From Chloroflexota bacterium (lineage in GTDB: Bacteria; Vulcanimicrobiota; JAMCWD01): DNA of 64,000 bases. Every line of letters starts with the position of its first letter. Positions within the stretch are counted from its first letter, which is position 1. The stretch lies in NCBI GenBank assembly GCA_023475345.1, contig JAMCWD010000013.1:45436-109435 (forward strand). The letters are read 5' to 3'. The translations under genes and the position numbers were made by a program. The notes under the pieces were generated by a model. The model did not search any database, was not told the DNA's origin, and worked only from the letters and a program-made list of their open reading frames with translations. Shown piece by piece: positions 20,881 to 30,275 of this stretch.

Positions 20881-23058
20881 ATGTCGGATAAATATGCTCG
20901 GGACGATTTTTCGGGAAAGGCGCTCATCACGAAAGGCGGTAAAACTCCGTTCGTAAATTCGTATTGCCGGGGGATTTGCCGGGATGCGGTTTATGCCGCA
21001 CTGCTCCCGCTTCTTATAATCGGGATGTTAATATCAAGCGGTTGTACACGCAGTTGTACCAGGGATGGCGGAATGCCTGTCCCTTCGCCGGAGGAGGCCG
21101 CAGGGGAAAATTATGTTAAAGAAAAATCGCTTCCATTGAATAATGCCGATGATATAAAAAAGGCGCTCGATGCCGAGAACATAAATGAAGCAAAAGCAAG
21201 GGATCTTTTAGAGCCTCTGCTCCAGGCGAATCCCGGCGACCCGTCGCTCCTCCTCCTCAAATCCAGGCTGCTATGGAGCAAAGGCGATCTTAAGACCGCT
21301 CATGAAATTGCCGATGCCGTCCTCCTGAAAGAGCCGGAAAACAGGGACGCCCTTGCTTTCAAGGCCACGATGCTCATGGACCATTTCCGAAACGATGACG
21401 CCGCTTCGTTTATCGACAGGCTTCAGAAAGCCGCGCCCGGCTGGGATCAGGCACAGTTATTGAAAGCCCGGCTCCTGCTTAAAACCTGGAAATATGACCG
21501 GGCGGAGGCCCTTCTGAAGTCGATGATAAAAAAGCACCCGGATAATTTAAAAGCATACAACGCTTTAATCGATGTTTACGATGAGAGTCTCGACATATAC
21601 GGGGGTATGAGATTTATTCAAAACGCGCTTAACAGGAAGTGGGAAGATCCCAAAATCAGGTCGTTTTTTCTAACCCGTCTCGGGGAGCTTATTGAAAGAC
21701 AGGGCAGGATGGAAGTTGCGGTCAAGTATTTTGAAAAAGCCCTCGAGGAGGAGCCTGAAAATACGCTGGCCGGGGGTAAGCTGGCCATGTGTCTGATCCA
21801 CATGGATGATATCGCAGGGGCGCGCATAGAGGTGGAAAAGGCGGCGAAGGATGAAGAGAACCTGGATAACCCGTTCCCGTTATATGCGAAAGCCCAACTA
21901 TTGATGCAGGACGCCCGGTTTTCACAGGCTGAAGACTGCCTGAGACGCGCCATAAAAAAATTCCCGCTGGAGATAACAGGCTATCACATCCTGGGATATT
22001 TCCTGCTTCATTACGGGCAGTACCGGGAAGCTCAGAAGATGTTTGCTCATGCCGCAGCCCGCCGTCCCGGGGATTTCGACGCGATGATGGGCGAGATTCT
22101 CCTGGCCGCCATACGCCGCGATCCCGGGGCACAGGCCGCGCTCATGGCACGGATCCCTCCCCTCGAACACCGCTATGCCGAATATTACCTGAGGCTGGGC
22201 GATATTTATTTACACCACCTCAGGGATACGGACAAGGCTGAATTTTATTACGAAAAGGCGCTTAAAGACAGGGAGCAGGGGCAGTTATCGATTATGCCCC
22301 CCGTCGGGCTGGGAGAAATCGAATTGAAGCGCGGCAGGGATGAAGAGGCGATGAAGCAATTCGGGCGCGCCCTGGCAAGGTCTTCCGAAACGCCTTTTAT
22401 TTACCCGGAAGTTATCGACACCGTGATAGAGAACAAAAGGTTCGATATGGCCGAAAAATATATGGCCGAATGGGAAAAATCGAATAAGACGGCGAAGTCG
22501 TCTTCAATTGATATAAGCTCGATGTATTTACAATTCGCCAATGCTTATGAGAATGCCGGCAATGCTGAGGCCGCAGGCGAGATGGTACGAAAGGCGGGGG
22601 AGGCTTATCCCGATGCTCCCATGCTGGACAGCCACCTTGCAAAAGTTGCGTTAATGCGGGGCGATAAGGAGAAAGCGAAGCGGCACCTGCTGAAATTCGT
22701 GACACGCTTCCCGGAAGAAGGCATTTCATGGCTTTACCTGGGCGTTCTCGCCGGGGAGGAAGGCGACGGCGAAAAAGCCCGGACGTATTCCGGCAGGGCC
22801 GGGGAGATTTTCCTGACGCCCGGCTTCGGGGAATATGAGAAAGCATGGGTTTACTCATTGATGCGCAATAAAGAGGCGGCCGTAAAGGAGCTCAGGAAAG
22901 CATGCGAGGAAGATATATTTAACTCAGCAAGGGCTTATGCCGAAGATTCGTTTGACTGGATGAGAGATGATCCTTTTTTCAAAAACGAGCTCCCGGGGCT
23001 GATAAAACACATTAAGGATAAAACCCCGGTTCCGCAGGAAAAGGATCTTGAATGGTAA
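20881..23058 (+). CDS. TPR-repeat lipoprotein, paralog 5 of 9
   Basis: It has the signal 'ISSGCTRSC' and the conserved N- and C-terminal modules. Confidence 0.75.
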   Translation: MSDKYARDDFSGKALITKGGKTPFVNSYCRGICRDAVYAALLPLLIIGMLISSGCTRSCTRDGGMPVPSPEEAAGENYVKEKSLPLNNADDIKKALDAENINEAKARDLLEPLLQANPGDPSLLLLKSRLLWSKGDLKTAHEIADAVLLKEPENRDALAFKATMLMDHFRNDDAASFIDRLQKAAPGWDQAQLLKARLLLKTWKYDRAEALLKSMIKKHPDNLKAYNALIDVYDESLDIYGGMRFIQNALNRKWEDPKIRSFFLTRLGELIERQGRMEVAVKYFEKALEEEPENTLAGGKLAMCLIHMDDIAGARIEVEKAAKDEENLDNPFPLYAKAQLLMQDARFSQAEDCLRRAIKKFPLEITGYHILGYFLLHYGQYREAQKMFAHAAARRPGDFDAMMGEILLAAIRRDPGAQAALMARIPPLEHRYAEYYLRLGDIYLHHLRDTDKAEFYYEKALKDREQGQLSIMPPVGLGEIELKRGRDEEAMKQFGRALARSSETPFIYPEVIDTVIENKRFDMAEKYMAEWEKSNKTAKSSSIDISSMYLQFANAYENAGNAEAAGEMVRKAGEAYPDAPMLDSHLAKVALMRGDKEKAKRHLLKFVTRFPEEGISWLYLGVLAGEEGDGEKARTYSGRAGEIFLTPGFGEYEKAWVYSLMRNKEAAVKELRKACEEDIFNSARAYAEDSFDWMRDDPFFKNELPGLIKHIKDKTPVPQEKDLEW

Positions 23059-23108
23059 TATGATGAAGACACCTTCAAAAACATCGAATTATTATATATA
23101 TTATTCCG

Positions 23109-25517
23109 GTGCGAAGGTTTCAGGGAAGGAAAAAAGAAGAAAGCCAGGTCGAAACTACGGCAGTCCTATCCGGGTCTTCAAAGGGGATGAATTTTGTGGG
23201 AGCGTTTTTTAACAAAGGCATGAAACTGAAAGGGGTGTTGAAGAATACGGCTCGTGAGCGCCGGTTTTTTCACGCCGGTTTTTTAATCGCCGCCTGTTTC
23301 TTGGTATTATGCGGGATATTGTTCTCAGGCTGCCCGGGACCTGACCGTAACAGGGACAGAATGCCAGGGACGGAGCCGGGCGACAGAAAAGCCGCCGCAG
23401 ACGGCTCTTCCCGGTCTTCCATGCCTGTCGATACATCGGTTCCCATAAACAATATAGAGGATATCAAAAAGGGCCTCGATATGGGCAATATCAGGCTCGA
23501 TAAGGCGTGGAAAATACTTGACTCCGAACTCATAAAAAATCCCAATGACCCGTCTCTTTTGATCCTGAAAGCCCGGCTTTTATGGACGGACGGAAAATTC
23601 AACGAATCCTACAACGCTATACAGGAAGCCCTTGCGATGGATCCGAAGAATACCGGCGCCCTCTCGTTTAAGATCATCCTTTTGCTGGATAATTTCAAGG
23701 GAGAAGAAGCATACGAAACTTTGAAAAAGCTCCTGGAGATAAATCCTGATAGTGATGAAAGCAGGATGCTTCAGGCAAGGGTTATGATGCGGCTGAGAAA
23801 TTATGATGAAGCTCAGAAAGCACTGGAAGATATTATCAGGAAGAACCCTGAGAACCTCAGCGCATATATGTGGCTTATCGATGTTTATGACGAAAGCCTC
23901 CGCATGGATGACGGGATCAGGTTCACCCGGAGCGCTCTAAGAAAGAAATGGGCGGACAAAGACAGGTCGGTGCTGACCGAAAGGCTGGGTGAGTTGTACG
24001 AGCGGATGGGGAATGTAAAAGAGTCGGTCAAGCTCTTTGAAGAAGCGTTGAAGATTGACCCCAATAATAACAAGGCCAGGACGGGGCTTGCGACTTCGGT
24101 GGCCGCGCCGTCGGACCCTCTCCAGATAAGGAGCAATCCTGCAAAGCTACGCGAAAAAGTTGAAGGCGCGATGGAAGGCACTGAAAATGCCCGGTTCAAT
24201 GACGGTGACGAATTTGCGCGCCTTTTTGCCCTGGGTCAGCTCAACGTGAGCGACGGGCACCTGTCTCTTGCCAAGGCCAACCTTTACAGGGCCGTGGAGA
24301 AGTTTCCCATGGAATCTTCTGGATACAAGGCGCTGGGTTATTATACCCTGAATTTCAAAGAATACCGTGAAGCGCAGAAAGCTTATCAATATACCAGGAA
24401 AATCCTTCCCAACGATTATGACGCATTGACGGGGGAAGCCCTGGTAGCTATCGTAAGAAGAGACCCCGAAACTGCGGAGTCGCTTCTTTCGAAAATAAAT
24501 CCCCCGGAGCACCGCAGGGGCGAGCATTATCGCAGGCTCGGAGACGCTTACATGTTCGACCTTCACGATGTTGACACGGCCGAAAAATATTATAAGAAGT
24601 CAGCCGAATACCTGGGACAGGGGGAAGATCCCATAATGTCCATGGTGTTCCTCGGCAATATAGAACTGAAGCGGGGCAATGTCAAGAAAGCGGAAGATTA
24701 CTTCCAGCGCGCCCTGGCAAAACTTCCCGAAGATGTAGAGAATAACATGCTGGCAACGTTCATTTACAAGCATATCCAGAAACACAAGTTCGATATAAAC
24801 ATAATAACCGCGGTAACAGTGGCCTCAATAAGCAACCATAAAGATGATCTGACCCAAAAATATGTTAACGAGTGGAAAAGCGTCGATGACAAATTGACCC
24901 CCAGGGAGCGCGGCGTATATTATTTGAAATGCGCCCGTTATTATCTTTATGACGGGAACATGTCCAAAACACACGAGATGATCGATATAACAAAAAAGGT
25001 GGACCCGACTCATCCCATGATCAACCATTATCTCGGCAGGGCGTACATGATAGAAGGCGACAGGGAAAAGGCAAAAGTCTGTTTCAAAAAGGCGCTTGAA
25101 AATACGCCTGAAGACGCTTATTCGTGGTTTAACCTGGGCATGATAGCCGAAGAAGAAGGGGATAAGCAGCTTGCCCAAACTTACTATAAAGAAGCAAAGA
25201 AAGGCTTCCGCTCGCCCGGCGATATCGATTTCCACAAGGCATGGGTGTATTGCCTGAGAAGAGACAGGAAAAATGCAGTCCGTTCATTGAGAGAAGCGAT
25301 AAAAAAAGATATTTTCAACGCCTGCAGAGCTCATGCCGAAGATTCGTTTGACTGGATGAGAGATGACCCGTTTTTCAAGAATGAGCTGCCCGAAATCCTG
25401 AAGCAGGTTAAAGACAAGACAAGGCTGCCTTCCGAAGGGGAAACGGAATTTGAGAAACACGGATGGAAGAACCTGGAAAATGAAAATACCGGTCCGTCCG
25501 GGGAAAAATCCGATTGA
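23109..25517 (+). CDS. TPR-repeat lipoprotein, paralog 6 of 9. The likely true start is near 23220.
   Basis: It has the signal 'LFSGCPGPD' and the conserved modules. There is an extra insertion 'KHIQKHKFDINIITAVTVASISNHKDD'. The first about 37 aa of the annotated ORF lack signal-peptide character. Confidence 0.7.
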   Translation: MRRFQGRKKEESQVETTAVLSGSSKGMNFVGAFFNKGMKLKGVLKNTARERRFFHAGFLIAACFLVLCGILFSGCPGPDRNRDRMPGTEPGDRKAAADGSSRSSMPVDTSVPINNIEDIKKGLDMGNIRLDKAWKILDSELIKNPNDPSLLILKARLLWTDGKFNESYNAIQEALAMDPKNTGALSFKIILLLDNFKGEEAYETLKKLLEINPDSDESRMLQARVMMRLRNYDEAQKALEDIIRKNPENLSAYMWLIDVYDESLRMDDGIRFTRSALRKKWADKDRSVLTERLGELYERMGNVKESVKLFEEALKIDPNNNKARTGLATSVAAPSDPLQIRSNPAKLREKVEGAMEGTENARFNDGDEFARLFALGQLNVSDGHLSLAKANLYRAVEKFPMESSGYKALGYYTLNFKEYREAQKAYQYTRKILPNDYDALTGEALVAIVRRDPETAESLLSKINPPEHRRGEHYRRLGDAYMFDLHDVDTAEKYYKKSAEYLGQGEDPIMSMVFLGNIELKRGNVKKAEDYFQRALAKLPEDVENNMLATFIYKHIQKHKFDINIITAVTVASISNHKDDLTQKYVNEWKSVDDKLTPRERGVYYLKCARYYLYDGNMSKTHEMIDITKKVDPTHPMINHYLGRAYMIEGDREKAKVCFKKALENTPEDAYSWFNLGMIAEEEGDKQLAQTYYKEAKKGFRSPGDIDFHKAWVYCLRRDRKNAVRSLREAIKKDIFNACRAHAEDSFDWMRDDPFFKNELPEILKQVKDKTRLPSEGETEFEKHGWKNLENENTGPSGEKSD

Positions 25518-27841
25518 GCCGGGATGTATCGCCGGATGGTTTTATAACAACATGTTGGGGGAAAGGTAGTAGAGTAGATATGAAGGATCTTTTAAAAACC
25601 GGACAGGACAGGGGCATTTACAAATCGGTTGCCGCAATCGTTGCCATACTGCTTGCGGTGATTTTGTTTACGGGTTGTGCCAGGATGGGTTGTAATCGTG
25701 AAAAGCCTGTTTCGAAAGAATTTTCGTCCCGCGACGGGGGCAAAGACGGGAGCAATGTTAACAGGCCTGCTCCCGAAGGATTGACGGGGCCGAATAGCCT
25801 GGAGGAACTTAAAAAAGGTCTTGCCGAGGGCGATGTCAACATAGAAAAAGGATGGGAAATCCTGAACCCCCTGCTGAAAAGAAATCCCAAAGACATAAAC
25901 CTCATGGTTCTCCAAGCGGGCCTTACATGGCAGGAGAACAAGCTTGAAGAGGCTCTCAGGCTCCTCGATGATATTTTGAAAAAAAATCCTTTAAACCCGG
26001 AGGCGCTTGATTTAAAGACAAGGATCCTGCTCGACCAGTTCAGGAACAGGGAAGCGATGGAGACCGCGAACCAGTTGATGAAAGTAGATCCCGGCAGTTA
26101 TGAGTACCAGTTGCTTAAAGCAAAAGTGATGATAAAAAATAAAGAGTATGATCAGGTGGAGGGCCTGCTGAAGACACTGGTCAATAATTATCCCGTAAGA
26201 ATCGGAGCTTATCTCGAGCTTGCCGAGCTTTACGATGCGAGCGGCCAGACCGATAGAGGCATAGAATTTGTTAGAAAGTCACTTCAGGGGCAATGGGAGG
26301 ATCCCAATAATGTGAGCCTCCAGGGCGACAGGGGCATAGAATTGAATAAAAAAGATCAGTTTTCTCCCAAGGACAAAGCAAGCCTGATAACGCGGCTCGG
26401 GCAGTTCGTGGAGAAGCAGGGCAATGAAGAAGAATCGTCTCGTCTTTACCAGGTGGCGATTTCGCTTAATCCCAAAGATGTTAAGGCCCAGTCAAGGCTT
26501 TCGATGACGGGGGTCAATCCTTTCGATCCTATCAAGATGGAATCTCATGCGAAAAAAGCAATGGAATACAACAAGGACGAGCCCGACCCGTACGTTGCGA
26601 CGGCGCTATACCAGTGGAACGACGAGATGTTCACCGACGCATACATGACGTTGTACGAAACAATGAAAAAGTTTCCGCTGGAGATGAGGGCATATACCCA
26701 GCTCGGGTATTTCTCGTATTTCATTTACCAGTATAAGATTTCACAAAAAGCTTACTCGTATGCCAATGTTTTGTTCCCCGGCGATTACGACGCGCTTTTC
26801 GGCTTATCGAGAGTGGATACGGTGAGGAGGGATTTTGCCTCCGCCGAGGAGCGCCTGGCGGCGGCATCGAAGAAGATCCCGAAACACCGCTACGGTGAGC
26901 ATTACAGGAAACTTGGCGAGATGTACCTGCTCCACATGCGGGATTACAAGAAAGCCCGTGAGAATTTTTTGGAGTCGATGAAATACGTCAACGAAACGGG
27001 CGATCTGAAAGACGGCCCTGTAATGGCGATGGTCTTCCTGGGAAGCATTGAACTCAGAAACAACAATTATGAAGGGGCGGAAAAACAATTCAAAACGGCT
27101 TTAAAAACGATGCCTGGCGATATCAACATTTATACGAAGATAATCTATGAAATATTGAGGAACCGCAAATATGATCTTGCGGACAAGTATATATCCGAAT
27201 GGGAAAAGCTTCAGACGAACATGAAGATACCGATCCTAAGCCTGTTTTATCTGCGTTATGCCCACATTTTCATGATGCAGGGCGAGCTTGAAAGGGCGGA
27301 AAAAATGATCGAAAGGGCAAAAATATCCGATCCCGAAGATCCCATGATTTATAACAGGCTGGGCCTGCTTTCCCTGATAAAAGGCGATAAGGAAAAAGCA
27401 AAGGAATATTATAAAAAGTGCATCAAGGGCTATCATAACGAATCGTTTTCATGGTTCGGCCTCGGCCTTATCGCAGAAGAAGAAGGCGATAAGGAAGAAG
27501 CCGAAAGATGCTATACCGAGGCAGCAAAACTATTCCGATCTACGGGCGACCTGGATTATCAGAAAGCATGGTTCTACGCGGTGCGCAACAAGAACGACGA
27601 AGCCGTAAAAGCGCTCAAAACTTCTATCAATAAAGATGCTTTCAATGCGTGCAGAGCATACAACGAAATCGCTTTCGACAGGATAAGGAATCGCCCGTTT
27701 TTCAAAAACGAACTGCCGGTGTTGCTAAAGCAGGTTAAAGACAGGACCCAACTGGTCGCAGAGGACATCAAATTTAAAGAAGAAGTGCGGCGGAATGGTA
27801 GCTATGCCAAACCCCTCTCGTCCGGGGACAAGTCCGATTAA
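25514..27841 (+). CDS. TPR-repeat lipoprotein, paralog 7 of 9. An alternative start at 25580 has a better RBS.
   Basis: It has the signal 'LFTGCARMGC' and the conserved modules. There is a short internal duplication 'DRGIEF...DRGIEL'. The annotated start overlaps the stop of paralog 6 (25514-25517). Confidence 0.7.
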   Translation: MSRDVSPDGFITTCWGKGSRVDMKDLLKTGQDRGIYKSVAAIVAILLAVILFTGCARMGCNREKPVSKEFSSRDGGKDGSNVNRPAPEGLTGPNSLEELKKGLAEGDVNIEKGWEILNPLLKRNPKDINLMVLQAGLTWQENKLEEALRLLDDILKKNPLNPEALDLKTRILLDQFRNREAMETANQLMKVDPGSYEYQLLKAKVMIKNKEYDQVEGLLKTLVNNYPVRIGAYLELAELYDASGQTDRGIEFVRKSLQGQWEDPNNVSLQGDRGIELNKKDQFSPKDKASLITRLGQFVEKQGNEEESSRLYQVAISLNPKDVKAQSRLSMTGVNPFDPIKMESHAKKAMEYNKDEPDPYVATALYQWNDEMFTDAYMTLYETMKKFPLEMRAYTQLGYFSYFIYQYKISQKAYSYANVLFPGDYDALFGLSRVDTVRRDFASAEERLAAASKKIPKHRYGEHYRKLGEMYLLHMRDYKKARENFLESMKYVNETGDLKDGPVMAMVFLGSIELRNNNYEGAEKQFKTALKTMPGDINIYTKIIYEILRNRKYDLADKYISEWEKLQTNMKIPILSLFYLRYAHIFMMQGELERAEKMIERAKISDPEDPMIYNRLGLLSLIKGDKEKAKEYYKKCIKGYHNESFSWFGLGLIAEEEGDKEEAERCYTEAAKLFRSTGDLDYQKAWFYAVRNKNDEAVKALKTSINKDAFNACRAYNEIAFDRIRNRPFFKNELPVLLKQVKDRTQLVAEDIKFKEEVRRNGSYAKPLSSGDKSD

Positions 27842-27872
27842 TATTTAAGAGCAACAAAGAAAAGGATACAAC

Positions 27873-30047
27873 TTGAACATGAAAAAGACTGCCGGAACGA
27901 CTGGAGGACCGATGACAGGTGATAAAAGGCGGAAAAGAAATATCCCGCCGTTATTGGCGGCCGTGCTTTTATTCCTTGCCGTTATATTTGCCGTTTTCGC
28001 AGGATGTTCAGGGCCGGGATGCGACAGGGGATCCGGAACGGACAATCGTTCGATGAGACCCGGGCAGGAAGACAAAAATATCCAAAACGATAAAGACGAA
28101 AGGTCCGGCGGCGTCGATAACGGGAACGATACCTCGTCTCCCCTGAATAATATTGAGGATGTCAGGAAAGCTCTGGACAGGGGCGATCTGGACCTTGACA
28201 GGGCATGGCGGATACTTGAGCCTCTCCTTGCGAAGAACCCCGGCGACATGTCTCTTCTGACAATTAAGGCAAGGCTTTTATGGTCAATGGACAAGTATGA
28301 CCAGGCATTGAAAACCTTCGATTATATACTCAGTAAGGAGCCTGACAATGCCTTCGCCCTTTCGTTTAAAACAAGGATATTGCTCGACAATTTTAAGACT
28401 GAAGAAGCAAGAAAGGCGATGGAACATCTCCTGGCGATAGATCCCGGCAGTTTGGAAAACAGGATCCTGAAAGCAAGGGTGTTATTTCAGTCACGGGATT
28501 ATAAAGGAGCAGAGGGTATACTTCTCCCAATCATAAAAAAAGAACCGGGTAATATAGACGCGGCCCTTTTCCTCGTCGATATTTACGACAGGAATAAACA
28601 AACCGATGAAGCAATCGGAGTCGTTCAGAATATATTGAAAACAGGCAGCCCCGGCAATGAGGATAAATCCCAGCTTCTCACAAGGCTAGGCGACCTGATG
28701 GAAAGAAAAGGAAAGACCGAAGAAGAATACATGAAATATTTCCAGGAAGCGTTGAAGCTGGACCCTCAGAACACGCAGGCCAAATCCCGGCTTGCCTTCA
28801 GCATGACCGATATGTCCGACCCGGTAAAATTCCGAAAACAGGTGGAAAAATCGCTGGAGTCGAAAATAACCACCCCTTTCCAGCTTTATGCTCTTGCCGA
28901 ACTCGATTTTAACGACGGCAAGATCCAGATGGGGAAAGCGGCTCTGTTTAAAGCCATAAAAATGTTCCCGCTCGAAGTAACCGGCTATAACATTCTGGGG
29001 TATATAACTTTTGATTTTAAGGAATACTATACCGCACAGACGGCGTATGCGCATTCGAAGCGGCTGAACCCCGGCGACTATAACGAATCCATGGGGGAGG
29101 CGCTCCTTGCCATAGTAAGAAGAGATTTCAAATCGGCAAATACGATCCTTGCATCTATAGACCCTCCCGAACACCGGGAATGCGAGCATTTTCTTCGGCT
29201 CGGGGACTGCTACATGGATCATCTCAGGGATTATGATACGGGACGAAAATATTTCCTCAAAGCGATTGAAAAAGTCGAGAAGAAAGGCGATTCCATCGTC
29301 CCTTACATCAACCTCGGCAATATCGAGCTTCTCAGAAATAACGACGCGGAAGCCGAAAAATATTTCCGAAAAGCTCTGGATCAAGGCGATGTTTATGCTT
29401 ATGCCGGGATACTGCTGGAAGTGATCGAGAACCGGAGATATCAGATGGCGGAAAAATATCTTTCGGAATGGAGAAAGAAAACAGGCGCCTGGGGTCCCAG
29501 GGACAGAAGCACGATTTTCCTCGGCTGTGACGATTCGTACCTCATGAACGGGGACCTGGAATATTCTCAAAAAATGATTGCCCTTGCCCGGAAGGCCGAC
29601 CCCACCGACCCCATGGTTGACCAGCATCTTGCGAAAGTGTATCTTGCGCTGGGGCAGTACGATAAAGCAAAGCCCCTGCTTGAAAAGACCCTGGAAAAAT
29701 TCCCGGACGAATACCAGACAATCTATTACCGGGGATTGATATCGGAAGAAGAAGGCGATATGAAAAGCACCGAAAAATATTATAGCAAAGCAAGGGAATG
29801 CTACAGGGGTCCCGGAGACCTGGATTACCTGAAGGCACAGATCTTTTCCGTCGGCAGGAAGAAGGACAAGGCGTTGAAAGCTCTCCGCAAATCTATTGAC
29901 GAAGATGCCTTCAATGCCTGCAGGGCTTATTGCGACGAGGCATGGGACTGGATGAGAGACGACGATTTCTTCAAGAAAGAGATCCCTGTTTTGATAACGA
30001 AAGTCAAAAACCAGACAATGCCGCCGCCTGAAAACCTGCCCTGGTAA
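27873..30047 (+). CDS. TPR-repeat lipoprotein, paralog 8 of 9
   Basis: It has the signal 'VFAGCSGPGC' and the conserved modules. Confidence 0.75.
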   Translation: MNMKKTAGTTGGPMTGDKRRKRNIPPLLAAVLLFLAVIFAVFAGCSGPGCDRGSGTDNRSMRPGQEDKNIQNDKDERSGGVDNGNDTSSPLNNIEDVRKALDRGDLDLDRAWRILEPLLAKNPGDMSLLTIKARLLWSMDKYDQALKTFDYILSKEPDNAFALSFKTRILLDNFKTEEARKAMEHLLAIDPGSLENRILKARVLFQSRDYKGAEGILLPIIKKEPGNIDAALFLVDIYDRNKQTDEAIGVVQNILKTGSPGNEDKSQLLTRLGDLMERKGKTEEEYMKYFQEALKLDPQNTQAKSRLAFSMTDMSDPVKFRKQVEKSLESKITTPFQLYALAELDFNDGKIQMGKAALFKAIKMFPLEVTGYNILGYITFDFKEYYTAQTAYAHSKRLNPGDYNESMGEALLAIVRRDFKSANTILASIDPPEHRECEHFLRLGDCYMDHLRDYDTGRKYFLKAIEKVEKKGDSIVPYINLGNIELLRNNDAEAEKYFRKALDQGDVYAYAGILLEVIENRRYQMAEKYLSEWRKKTGAWGPRDRSTIFLGCDDSYLMNGDLEYSQKMIALARKADPTDPMVDQHLAKVYLALGQYDKAKPLLEKTLEKFPDEYQTIYYRGLISEEEGDMKSTEKYYSKARECYRGPGDLDYLKAQIFSVGRKKDKALKALRKSIDEDAFNACRAYCDEAWDWMRDDDFFKKEIPVLITKVKNQTMPPPENLPW

Positions 30048-30275
30048 AATCTCATTGTTGTATTGGATCCGGCTTTAAATTAAGAGACCCTTGAGCCCGG
30101 CTCCAAAAATCGTACCAGGGAGTGATTTGAGAAACCGCACAGCGGTTCGCCATATTCCGAAAACCAATATATGGGCCTTAACGGCTATACATAAAATATC
30201 TTTTTTTTGCTAAGATCAGCATGTAAAATGCCCGGTCGCCGATATTTAATTTAAGGGACGGTATTAATAATTTAT

